From contig NC_043015.1 in assembly GCF_006345805.1 (NCBI RefSeq), forward strand, positions 18,352,001 through 18,416,000: a stretch of 64,000 bases of DNA, in the 5' to 3' direction. This stretch comes from Octopus sinensis. Its lineage: Eukaryota. Positions 25,289 through 36,290 of the stretch are shown piece by piece; the stretch's first letter is position 1; each line of letters opens with the position of its first letter. A program made the position numbers and the translations under genes. The notes below the pieces were generated by a model. The model was not told the DNA's origin. It did no database searches and worked only from the letters and a program-made list of their open reading frames with translations.

Positions 25289-25439
25289 AAAACCCCTGTG
25301 GAGAGAAAAAAAATAAAAGGCTGCCTATGTCTATCATGTCTACAGGAGATGGGGGTTCATGTGACATGAACCTACATCTCCTGTAGATATGACAGCCTTT
25401 GATTTTTTTCTATCCAAAAGGATTTTTCAACCCAGTATT
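25289..25439. repeat. ~150-bp near-perfect palindrome/hairpin
   Basis: catgtctacaggagatg-gg-ggttcatgt-G-acatgaacc-ta-catctcctgtagatatg centred on 25363; outer arms aaaaggctg/cagcctttg and gaaaaacccctgtgga/tccaaaaggatttttc. Confidence 0.85.
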
Positions 25440-25578
25440 TACATGCGGAACCTGTTATCAGTGAAACATGTTGGAAAATTACTACAGGAGTAGTAAGGTT
25501 TTGACATTTGATAACTGATGATTTATCATTTAATTGTTACGCAAATGCTGTCAAATTTATTATTTGAATACCTTTTAG

Positions 25579-25771
25579 GCTTGAAGTATTGTGTAATCAG
25601 TTAGTTGAGAAATTCACAGTGGCAGGATTAATGCAGAAAGACTACGACCGTGTGAAATTACATGCAACCATAATGAATACACTATTTCGCAGTGATCCTT
25701 CAGGTGTTGCTCGTGTTCAATCAAATCGTGGAGCCCCAAGAAAATCTTTTGATGCTAAACAAATATTAAAG
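25579..25771 (+). CDS. ASCC1: ASCC1 coding exon 6, second 2H motif (..DYDRVKLHATIMNTLFRSDP..RKSFDAKQILK)
   Basis: ttttag acceptor, AAG|gtaagt donor, 193 nt, phase 2 to 0. VKLHATxMNTLFR motif. Confidence 0.95.
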
Positions 25772-26394
25772 GTAAGTAATAACATAGGTTACAAAATAGA
25801 GTACACTCCCTTGTATTAAATACTTCACAGCTGTGATTTCTTTTTTGTTACATTGTGTTTTAAAATATTTAATCCTACCCATTTGTGGTCTTAGTCTAAA
25901 TCTTGCCTTAGTCACTTTTGTCTTTCATTTCTCTGGAGTCTATGAGGAGATTTCTTAATGAATTTTGAATGACCCCCTAAGACTAAAACAAAAACTAGAA
26001 ACCAGACTTGATACACATACACACTTACTCCTCTATTGCTCATTGAATGTCTTGCTTGATTAAATGTTTCAGGAAGGAATGTCAAGTAAAAGAATTGCAA
26101 TTGAGGAAAGTATCATCTGCAAAATGAGTCTGTATTCATGTGATGGGGTATTTTTAAAAGTTTTTATATCTAAGAAGGTAGCTTGCTTTAACAGTCACCT
26201 GTGTCTTTGGATTTGGGGTCTTTGATGATTGGAAATTTGCTTCTGTCCATTTTATGACTGAAATACACACCTATATAAAGTTTTGTACAGTGTACTTATG
26301 TGAATTTTACATCAAATCTCACTATTTCAGGCATAACAGAGCAATCAGCAGAAATAATCACTAGTAGCTGCTATCACAAATCTGTATATTAATC

Positions 26395-26930
26395 ATCATC
26401 ATCATCATTTTTCCATGCTAGAAGGGGTTGGACAATTTGCTTTCCATGCTAGCATGGTTTGGACAATTTGACTGAGGGCTTGCGAACCAGATGGCTGTAC
26501 CAGGCTCCAATCTTGATCTGGCAGAGTTTCTACAGCTGGATGCCCTTCCTAATGCCAACCACTCCGAGAGTGTAGTGGGTGCTTTTATGTGCCACCGGCA
26601 TGGGGGCCAGTCAGATAATGATCACGCTTGAAAGGTACCCTTTACGTGCCACCGGCATGGAAGCGAGCTAGCCGCTCTGGCAACAATCAAGCTTGGATGG
26701 TGCTCTTAGCACCCTACTAGCACGGGGCACTAGTGCCAGTAAGGCGATGCTGGTAACGATCACACTCGAATGGTGCCTTTTATGTGCCACTGGCACGGAA
26801 GCCAGGTAGCTGCTCTGTCAATGATCACGCTTGTATGGTGCTCTTTGCACCCCGCTAGCATGGATGCCAGTCATCGAATTTGATTTTGATTTCACTTGCC
26901 TCAACAGGTCTTCGCAAGCAGAGTTTTAGT
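26395..26930 (-). mobile_element. Family B SINE with internal modules
   Basis: Reverse complement of the 13058-13478 type; abuts the Helitron Rep sequence. Confidence 0.85.
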
Positions 26931-29236
26931 GTCCAAAACCTGTTCATAACCTTCACATGCAATTCTAAATGGAAAGAGATTCAAAATGAACTCTTCTCAA
27001 ACCAACAGCCTAACGATAGACATGACATAATTGCAAGGGTCTTCAGACAGAAGGTTATCAAGCTCATGCAGTTACTGACCAAAGATAAAGTGTTTGGTTC
27101 CACTAGATGCCACATGTATACAATAGAGTGGCAGAAACGTGGACTTCCTCATGTACACATCCTGCTCTAGCTTACAAACAAAATCCATGCCAGAATGATA
27201 GACAAGTTCATCAGTGCAGAGATTCCAGATCCTCAGAAAGATCCAAAACTTTTTAATGTGGCCAAGACCAAAATGGTTCATGGTCCATGTGGGAACATCA
27301 ACTTACATGCTCCATGCATGCAGGATAGAAAGTGTACAAAAGGTTTTCCAAAGAAGTTCCTTCAAGTGACACAGACTGTACATGATGGCTATCCACTCTA
27401 CAGAAGAAGAAGGCCAAGTGATGGTGGATTTGAAACCACCATCAAGAAGTCATCTCATACTGAAATTCTAGTTGACAATAGGTGGATAGTGCCATACTGT
27501 CCCCTCCTCTCCAAGATATTCAACATACACATCAATGTTGAGTTCTGTAACTCAGTGAAATCCATTAAGTATGTGTGCAAATATGAGAACAAGGGATTTG
27601 ACATGGCAGTCTTTGCAGTTCAGGATTCAGAGAACAATGATGAAATCAAGACCTTCCAAATGGTGAAGCATGTTGGAGAATCTTCAAGTTCCCCATTCAT
27701 GAGAGATATCCCATGTGCAACATCTTGCAGTACACTTGGAGAATTGCGAAAGGGTTTACTTCACCCCAGACACAGTCCAATAAGGCAGCCTTTGAAGCGC
27801 TTGATACAACACTACAAGACTTCAGAAACAATAAGAAGATCATGGGTGGTGTCACCCTCCTCATGGCTGGTGACTTCAGGCAAACACTGCCTGTCATTCC
27901 CAGAGAAACAAGGGCAGATGAGCTGAGAGCTTGCATCAAGCCCTCATATATCTGGCAACATGTCAAGCAGCCTACTCTGACAACCAACATGAGGGTTCAC
28001 ATTCATGATGACCCATTATCCACACAGTTCTCCAACAAGTTACTTGACATTAGAAATGGAAAACTTCCACAAGATACAGAAGATAGTCTGCACCACCTCC
28101 CATCTGGCAATATGACTGCCTCTCTTGAAGAACTGAAGTGCAAGGTGTTTCCAAACATTGCCACAAACTATAAAAGTCACAAGTGGCTATGTGAAAGAAC
28201 AATTCTGGCACCAAGTAATGATGCTGTAGACAAGCTGAATTTAAATTTGTTGTCTCAGCTTCTAGGACCTGAATGTTCATATAGATGAATTGACTGTCCC
28301 TGATCAAGAACAGGTAACGCATTACCCAGTGGAGTTCCTCAATACACTTCAGCCACCAGGATTTTCACCATATATTCTAATCATGAAAACAGGTGCTCCC
28401 ATAATGCTATTAAGAAACCTTGATGCACCCCAGACTCTGCAATGGAACAAGGTTAGTTGTTAAAACAGCCATGCCCCATGTGTTGGAAGCAGCAATAATT
28501 ACAGGCAACATGGGTGAGAATGTCTTCATTCCAAGGGTAACTCTCATCTCAAATGATCTCCCCTTACATTTCAAGAGACTGCAGTTTTCTGTCGAACTTA
28601 GTTTTGCAATGTCTATCAACAAAGCACAAGGTCAGTCTCTAAAGGTGGTAGGACTTAACCTCCTTGCTTCTCACATGGTCAGCTGTATGTTGGATGTTCT
28701 AGAGTTGGAGATGAAAAGAACATCTATCTACATTCTCAGTGATAAACATGGCAAAACAGAAAACATTGTATATGAAGAAGCACTTATGTGAATAGTACGT
28801 CCATATCATATACAGAAGTGTAAAACTATTGAGTGTTAAAGTAATACTATTTCACTTTCACTTTTCAACAGACATGCGTGATTGTATATCTGTGTATATA
28901 AAAGTGAAACAATAACATGATATATTCGCTGTCTGTTTGTGTGTGTACTCTACACGCGGCCTTTTATTGTTTATAATCTGTACCTGTTTTTTTGGTTACG
29001 AAATAAGTTAGACTAAAGGTGTTTTTGAATAACGAGTATTTACTTCATATATGAGTTGAAAACTTTCTTTTCACATATCACTTAACGTCTGTGTTCCATG
29101 CTGGTGTTGGTTGGAGAGTTATTAATGTAGAAAGTTGGTATCTCAGCTACTAGCGGTTGAGACCTGCGTAATTTAGATGGCGTTTTTAAATTTCATTATT
29201 TTCTTTAACCTGGGCAACACCAGGTATTTCTACTAG
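26930..29236 (+). mobile_element. Helitron, 5'-truncated and internally deleted (Rep/HUH plus PIF1 helicase remnants)
   Basis: LFITFTCN..YTIEWQKRGLPHVHILL, MVHGPCG, VDNRWIVPYCP, NVEFCNSVKSIKYVCKY, GDFRQTLPVIP, RLCNGTRL, FAMSINKAQGQSL. 3' hairpin CCTGG-gcaaca-CCAGG (29209-29224) then CTAG (29233-29236). Confidence 0.95.
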
Positions 29237-29237
29237 A

Positions 29238-29275
<38 letters not shown>

Positions 29276-29279
<4 letters not shown>

Positions 29280-29975
29280 ATTAATGGTTACAGAAATAGT
29301 ATTAATGCCAAAATGTAATATTTATCCCCACTTAAAAGTTGATGTGTTAGGACACAGAATACTGTGATATTTACCATGAGGGAATCTCTCATATGAACTG
29401 GAGGTGCATATAAGCACCGCTGCCATCACCACCGGGACTACGAGATCATGTGGTTTTGGTCTTCCTTGGCCTTCTCAATGGTAGATGCCCAAAAGCTGGA
29501 AATGGCAGTGATTTCTCTGCTAGTGATATACATAGAATCTCAGTACCTAATCAGGCACTGTAGTTGCATATAGCCAATGAGTTTATTATAAAATAATTAA
29601 TAGCAACAGAAGCAGTACTAATACCAAAGGTAATATTTATCCCTACTTAAAAGTGGATGTTGTGTTAGAACACAGAATACTGTGATAGTTACAATGAGAG
29701 AACCTCTCTTATGGGCTTGTGATGCATGTATATCACTAGCAGAGTAATCTCTGCCATCTCCAGCTTTCAGGCATCTACCATTGACAAGGCCAAGGAACGC
29801 TGAAATCACATGATCTGGTAGTCCAGGCAGCAATGCCAGAAGATTATCACCCACTAGTGATATAAACACAAGTGCTTATATACGTCACAAGACCCTAGTT
29901 ACATGAAAGGTTCTCTTATGTAACTATGGCAGTATTCTGTTTTCTAACACAACATCCACTTTTAAGTGGGGGAAA
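29276..29975. mobile_element. Two copies of one MITE in opposite orientation (partial 29276-29545; complete with ~90-bp TIRs ~29637-29973)
   Basis: cccacttaaaagtggatgttgtgttagaacacagaatactg at 29640 is inverted at 29930-29972 and repeated at 29325. Internal 29440-29535 is the reverse complement of 29725-29820. Confidence 0.8.
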
Positions 29976-30332
29976 TTATATATATGTATATATATATATA
30001 TATATGTACATATATATGAATTTTTTGCATAATGAGATAAAAAAACCAAGGCTGTATAGATATTAGACCACTTATAGATAGAAGGTCTTACAGCTGTTTC
30101 TAGGATATTTATTAATTATATCCCTTCATCGGAGACAGTGTGAGAGGAAAAATTAAGTCATAGTTAGTTTCGATGTGATACAAAATAGAGAGTGAGGTGG
30201 AGCAAAGAAAATAGAGGTAAGATATGTATGGGTATTGAATTCGTAAATCCGTTTTATAGGCATAATGGTATATATGCAATATTCCTATATCCTTTGAGTC
30301 CATCCAAATATATATATATATATATATATATA

Positions 30333-30715
30333 CTCTTTTACTTGTTTCAGTCATTTGACTGCCCATGCTGGAGCACCGCCTTTAGTCGAGCAAATCGACC
30401 CCGAGACTTATTCTTTGTAAGCCCAGTACTTATTCTATCGGTTTCTTTTGCCGAACCGCTAAGTGACGTAAATACACCAGCATTGGTTGTCAAGTAATGC
30501 TAGGGGGACAAACACAGACACACAAACACACACACATACACATATATATATATACATATATACGACAGGCTTCTTTCAGTTTCCGTCTACCAAATCCACT
30601 CACAAGGCATTGGTCGGCCTGGGGCTATAGCAGAAGACACTTGCCCAAGATGCTACGCAGTGGGACTGAACCTGGAACCATGTGATTGGTTAGCAAGCTA
30701 CTTACCACACAGCCA
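30333..30715 (-). mobile_element. Young full-length SINE family A
   Basis: Near-exact reverse complement of 46612-47020; track ORFs 30497-30685 and 46651-46839 are almost identical. Confidence 0.9.
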
Positions 30716-31468
30716 CTTACCTCACACAAACATGCACATATGTGCATGTTTGTGTGTACCCTTGTCTTAACATCATGTGATAGTTATAAATGAGCATCAT
30801 TGTCATACAAGCAGTGTTGTTTGTTTCCAGTCTCCTGACTATGGGAAAATATCACCTTGCTTGGTAACAAGTGTGAGTTGGTGACAATAAGGGCATTTAG
30901 CTGTAGAAAATCTCTCTCAACAAATTCCCTCTGATCCATGAAAGCGTAGGAAATTAAATATCAAAGGATGATGATGACGAATCTGTTCTCTGTTATTTCT
31001 AGCAAAACCCAGTCCTATACAGATATCATACTGCATTCTTTGACAACCCTGTGTACACAGGTTTCATCTATATGCAACTTCCTGACATGTATTACTTTGA
31101 AGAAAAAAAAGACTTGAACATATCCTCTAATGGGGATGTGATAACCTAGTCTTCTTTAATAGCAACAAAACTGAGTCACCACAGACATCAAGGAAACACA
31201 CTGATCAAAATTGTGCATCCAATACTCTCAAGCCTTCTTTATTCATTCAGCTCTGCTTTGCTATCATCTTTGCTTTATCCTAAATCTTTATCCCTCAAAC
31301 TACATCTTTCTGGAAATTCCTGTTTGCATTTTCTCTATAGGCATGAACCCACAGAAATAAAAACTACATATTAGCTGTATTGATCTCACTAGTCTAGTCT
31401 ATGAATGTCTACTTTCTCCTCTGAATTATTCTGAAAAAATTTTTTTTCTTTTTCATTTTCAATTTCAG

Positions 31469-31585
31469 AAATTTGGAAACTTTGACTTCGGTTCATACTA
31501 TATTGGAGAAATTCATCTTTCAAAAAGATATTCTTCTGGGAAAGATGGTTATTATATACCAGCTGCTGTTATCAAGTTGCCATAA
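31469..31585 (+). CDS. ASCC1: ASCC1 terminal coding exon (KFGNFDFGSYYIGEIHLSKRYSSGKDGYYIPAAVIKLP*)
   Basis: tttcag acceptor, TAA at 31583-31585. The seven exons sum to 1053 nt = 350 aa + stop. Confidence 0.93.
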   Translation, partial: KFGNFDFGSYYIGEIHLSKRYSSGKDGYYIPAAVIKLP

Positions 31586-31802
31586 TAAAAAAAGGGAAAA
31601 TGGCACCTTGCTCGAATTTTGTGTCTTGATGACTGTATGGTTTGATTGAAAGGGCCATGCACCTATCTTGACTTGTTACTTAATACTAAGTATTAATATT
31701 GACTGATGTGGAAGACAAATCATCTGTTCATTATTTGTTACATTTGTTTCATCACCAGGTGATTTTGGTTTCATAAATAACTTCTTGTAATTCATGAATA
31801 AA
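31584..31802 (+). terminator. ASCC1 candidate poly(A) signals: AATAAA at 31584-31589 (overlaps stop) and 31797-31802
   Basis: Two AATAAA hexamers after the stop; the second is followed by a T/GT-rich tract. Confidence 0.55.
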
Positions 31803-32231
31803 AATTTTATTCTTAAAAACATTGGTTTTCTTTGAAGAATTAGCATATTTAATGATTATCTAACCAATATGGTGTATACACTTTGAGGAAACCAGTGCTT
31901 GTCTCCATAAATTGGGAAGATCAGTTCTTCAAGCATAATGTTTAAGGTGAATTATGTCAATATATTGTGAAGAGAAGAACAGTCTGAATTCTTTATTTTG
32001 GGAAAAAATGAGAGAATATAATGAAAGCTGTATTTAAATAGAACAAGTAATTGAGAGACAAAATATTTATATATTGAGGAAGGAGAAAATTAAATTAAAG
32101 ATTAGATTAACAGGCAGAAGTTAGGTGTGTTACAAGAAAATTGTTGTGTTGAAAATGGGAAAAAGTCTGAAAAGAAATTTAAATAAATATGTTTATATTC
32201 TTTTTCATGCTCCATTCATTAACAACTTTAT

Positions 32232-32334
32232 TCAAAACATTTCATTATCTTTATCATCAGGGCTCACCACAATTGATGTCTTAGTTGGTATAAATGATGT
32301 TGATGCACATTCATTACAAATATACACAGATATC
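32232..32334 (-). CDS. Candidate terminal exon of a convergent gene (ISVYICNECASTSFIPTKTSIVVSPDDKDNEMF*)
   Basis: ttcctttcag acceptor, 34 open codons with CxxC, TGA overlapping AATAAA (32232-32227). Confidence 0.4.
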
Positions 32335-32649
32335 CTGAAAGGAATTCAAGATCCAACTAGGTCATTATTTAAAAAAAAAATTATTAAAATTATGAAGATG
32401 CTTGTGTATCTCACAACAAGATACAAATCATTTAGAAAATTATGACAGAAATAAAATGGAAGAAAGTAATGTTAAAGTGTATTCTATTTGAAAGTAGAAA
32501 CATTTCCAAGAGTTTTATGAAATCAAATTACTATTGAAAGCAGAAATGACACAAGGCAATAGTTACACATTTACTGTGTAAATAGTTTTCATAGAAAATT
32601 TTTCTATTGTAGTATGTTTATAGTATTATAATTAGATTATTGAAGGTCT

Positions 32650-33560
32650 GAAGGAATGGTCTACATAATTTGATTTTCATTTTAGAAATGGATTTGTGTA
32701 CATAATGATGATGATAGCTTTGACAGTCTCGTGTGGGATATCATAATTCAACAGGATAGTAACAAAGCTTCTTGAGACTATTGAAAGCCTTGGAAATCCA
32801 CAAATACAATTTTTGCCTTTTGTTTAGAGGATCTGAGTTCTTCTATAATTCTTCTAAGACCAAGGATCTGTGGTGGTGATGATCTATTTTAAAGCTAAAA
32901 GTGAGAGTGTGATTCCTCTGTAGTTGTGAGGTGGAACAATTGAAGAGTCTGAGGATGTTGCTGCTTTGTTTCCTTCGTAGGTCTCATTACAGAAGTCCAA
33001 GAGATGCTTGTGGAAGAGTGGACTCTTCCAAGTGATAACCTGGGGTGTTATTTGGTACTTAACCTTTTTAGGCATTTTTTTGAAGCTCTTCTGTCATAAA
33101 TATGCTAATCTGAATTGGCAGGCTATCTGCTACCTTGTAGTTGAAGAGAGGATTGATTAGCATCTGTGTTACCAAGTTGCTATCTAAAGTGCTACTTTAC
33201 ATTGCTAGTCAGTGGTTTCCTCAACAATAGGTTGAAAAGTTCTCTAGTTGGTAAATTCCTTCAGAGCTGCTGAGATGGCAGCATACTTGTTTTCCTTATG
33301 ATGGTTAAGTTCTTCAGTTCTAGTGCCTCCTTGTATATCCCACCAAGTGGGACTTTAGCTGAATTGAGGTGCTTTTCAATATTCCTAGTGGACTTCGGTT
33401 AATGTTTCTGGGCTGTTTTCTTTAAATTTCCCCTGACCTTAGTTATCTTCTCATTAGAAGTACAGGTTAGTGATTTCTATCTCTTTATTTAGAGTAATCC
33501 AGTCCTATGTCTCTGTTGGTTGTGGTTAGGGTGTCATATACAGCCCTGCAATTTTTGTCC
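32650..33560 (-). mobile_element. LINE RT 5' half (inverted)
   Basis: - strand: EELQKCLKK..TPG..WKSPLFHKHLLDFCNETY..NYRGITLS..LLNYDIPHETVKAIIIIMYTN. Confidence 0.8.
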
Positions 33561-33599
33561 TGAAGTCTCACAGAAAGTGATGAACCTATTTTGTACTAA

Positions 33600-34540
33600 A
33601 ACCAGAAACTCCTTAAATCATGTATAAAAACCATTCAAAATTTGTGCTGGCAATTTCAACTAAAGAGTTTCTAACAATAGTGGGAATCCTTCAGGGACAC
33701 TCTAGCATCTTTTCTCTTTGTCATTGTAGTAGACTACATCCTTAGGCAAGGTCCTGATCCTACCCTAGACAAAGGCCTAATCATCAAACCTTCATGCAGA
33801 AGCAGCTGTCAACAGATCTTGCATCACTCTGATCTTGACTATGCTGATGATCTTACCCTCACAACTCATCTACTGTGACATCCCTCAAGAAAGCTGTATT
33901 CACAATTGGTCTATTTCTCAGTGTAATGAAGAATGACTGTATGACCATCATTGAAGATAAAAGTCATCTGCCAGTTTGGTGGAGGTCAGTGGCCTCAATT
34001 ATTTTGTGTCTTGTGTTGCTGACAGTTAGAAAGGCTTCCTTGCACACAAGGGACAATCATAGAGTGCTTGCAACGTGCTTCAAAACATCTGGTAATCAAG
34101 TATTTCAAAGTTAGCAAGGCTTACTTTCTTCAGAGTGTGTGTAGAGAGCATTCTTCTCTATGAAACTGAAATTTGAACTATCAAAAAGGAAGTTCAAGAT
34201 TGCCTTGATACACCAAGTTCTCACGAGGCCTCAAAACATCTTATGACATGAACATTGGGCCAAAGTGGAAATTTATGGACATATTTCACCCATCTCTACT
34301 GGTATATTCAATGCACGGCAGGCTTTTCTGGCCCTGTCAGTGTGCTAAGCAACAGGCCATATCATGTTATATTTTGGAGTTTTCTGCACTCTAATACAGG
34401 ATGAAGACCACTTAACTACATTGATGTTATTAGCAGAGACACACAACATGAAATTCCGGACTTACCAAAGCTAATGAGAAACAGAGACTTCTGAAAACAC
34501 ATCTTATTTGTAGCTGCTTGGGAAGAAGAAATTAAGAAAT
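33600..34540 (+). mobile_element. LINE RT 3' half
   Basis: GILQG(D)TLASFLFVIVVDYILRQ at ~33680 and DLDYADDL at 33831-33854, then decayed post-RT sequence. Confidence 0.8.
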
Positions 34541-34654
34541 AAGGTAGAATGTTCTCATTGCTACCATTAATGACAATATATATTCTATTGCAGTTTCAGT
34601 GTAAAGAGTCCTTCTTTGTATATAAATGAATTATTGATTTGTAAGATAGGTATC

Positions 34655-34990
34655 ATCATCATCATTATCATTGTTTAATGCCCACTTTCCATGCTGGCAT
34701 AGGTTGAACTGTTTGACAGGAGCTGGCCAGGTAGAAGACTAGGCTACTATGTCTGTTTTGGCATGGTTTTTACAACTGGATGCCCTTCCTAACACCAAAC
34801 ACACCTCAGAGTGGACTGAGTGCTTTTTATGTGGCACCAGCACAGGTAATGTCAGTTTTGGCATGGTTTTTATAGCTGGATGCCCTTTCAAATGCCAACC
34901 ACTTTACAGTGTGGACTGGATGCTTTTTACGTGACACCAGCAACGGCAGGGTCACCATGTAACTTGCAAGACAAGGAATTTTGAGGGGAG
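34655..34990 (-). mobile_element. Family B SINE
   Basis: catcatcatcattatcattgtttaatg start and duplicated ggctggatgccc core. Confidence 0.75.
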
Positions 34991-35244
34991 GGGTAATTGG
35001 AGGAAGTGATTAATTCAAAACAATGTAAATAAATAAACATTACACTTGGTAGTAATCTGAATGCTAAAGGGTTAAACATTCCATTTTTCACAACACAGTC
35101 TCTCACCACTTGTTTGCAGTCATGTCATTAGTTTCATGGGGTTCAGCATCTTGCAACTCAGTTTCTGCCTATATCTTCCTCTTCCACAGATTCTTTCCAC
35201 TTGGATTGCTTGATATTTGATTAACCCAATTGTCATCCTTTATA

Positions 35245-36290
35245 TGCATCACATGATGAATTTCATGTACAGGTAGGGGTTTGCCAGGGCTCAGTTCTCA
35301 GCCCACTCTTATTCATTATAGTCTTCCAGGCCACAACAGAGGAATTCAAAACTGGGTACCTGTGGTAACTGCTATATGCTGATGACCTTGCTCTTATTGC
35401 AGAATCTTTAGCAGAATTGGAGAAGAAATTCCAGGTATGGAAGCAAAACCTGGAATGAAAGGGCCTTAAAGTTAACCTAGCTAAGACAAGAGTTGTTAGT
35501 AATAAAGAAGATAAAACTCTCATTCCGTCAGGTAAATGGCCCTGCTCTATATGTAGGAATGGATGCATAAGAGGTGCAGTGGGATCACAGGTAGATTAAC
35601 AGATAAAGTCATCTTTGTATGTGGAAGATGTGCAGGAACAATAAGCACTAAGAACACATGGGAATTAGATTATCTCAAATGTCCAGAAGCTCTCTTGAGG
35701 TTGTAGATAGTTTCTGTTACCTAGGTGACCAAATTAATAATGGTGGAGGATACTCTGAAAAGTATTGTTTCTAGAATAAGAATTGGGTAGAGGAAGTCCA
35801 GAGAGCAATTACTTCTGTTGGCAACAAAAGGACTCTCTCAGAGTGAAAGGTAGACCATATGATGCTTGTGTGCAAACAGCTATACTCCATGGCAGTGAGA
35901 CATGGGCTCTGAATGCAGAAGACATGTGTAGACTAGAGAGAAATGAAGGTAGTATGCTCTGTCAGATGTGCAACATCAGTGCACATGTATGGCAAAGTGC
36001 AAATGTATTGAGAAAAAAGTTGAGTATAAGAGGAATCAAATATAACATGCAAGAGAGAAGACTACATTGGTTTTGACATGTGATACAAATGAATGAGGAC
36101 AGCTGCATAAAGAAGTGTTGATTGCTGAAAATGGATGGTACCCATGGAAGAGGGAGACCCAGGAAGATGTGGGATGAAGTGGTAAGGACCAATCTCAGGA
36201 AGTTGGGCCTCATGGAGGAAATGACAATGGAGCAAGATGTCTGGTGATATGAAGTTCTTGAGAAGACCCGCACATGTCAGCGTTCTAGAA
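35245..36290 (+). mobile_element. RTE LINE 3' ~1 kb, decayed
   Basis: VQVGVCQGSVLSPLLFIIV..LLYADDLALIAES..GLKVNLAKT..FCYLGD..AILHGSETWAL..RRLHWF..GRPRKMWDEV. Confidence 0.9.
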
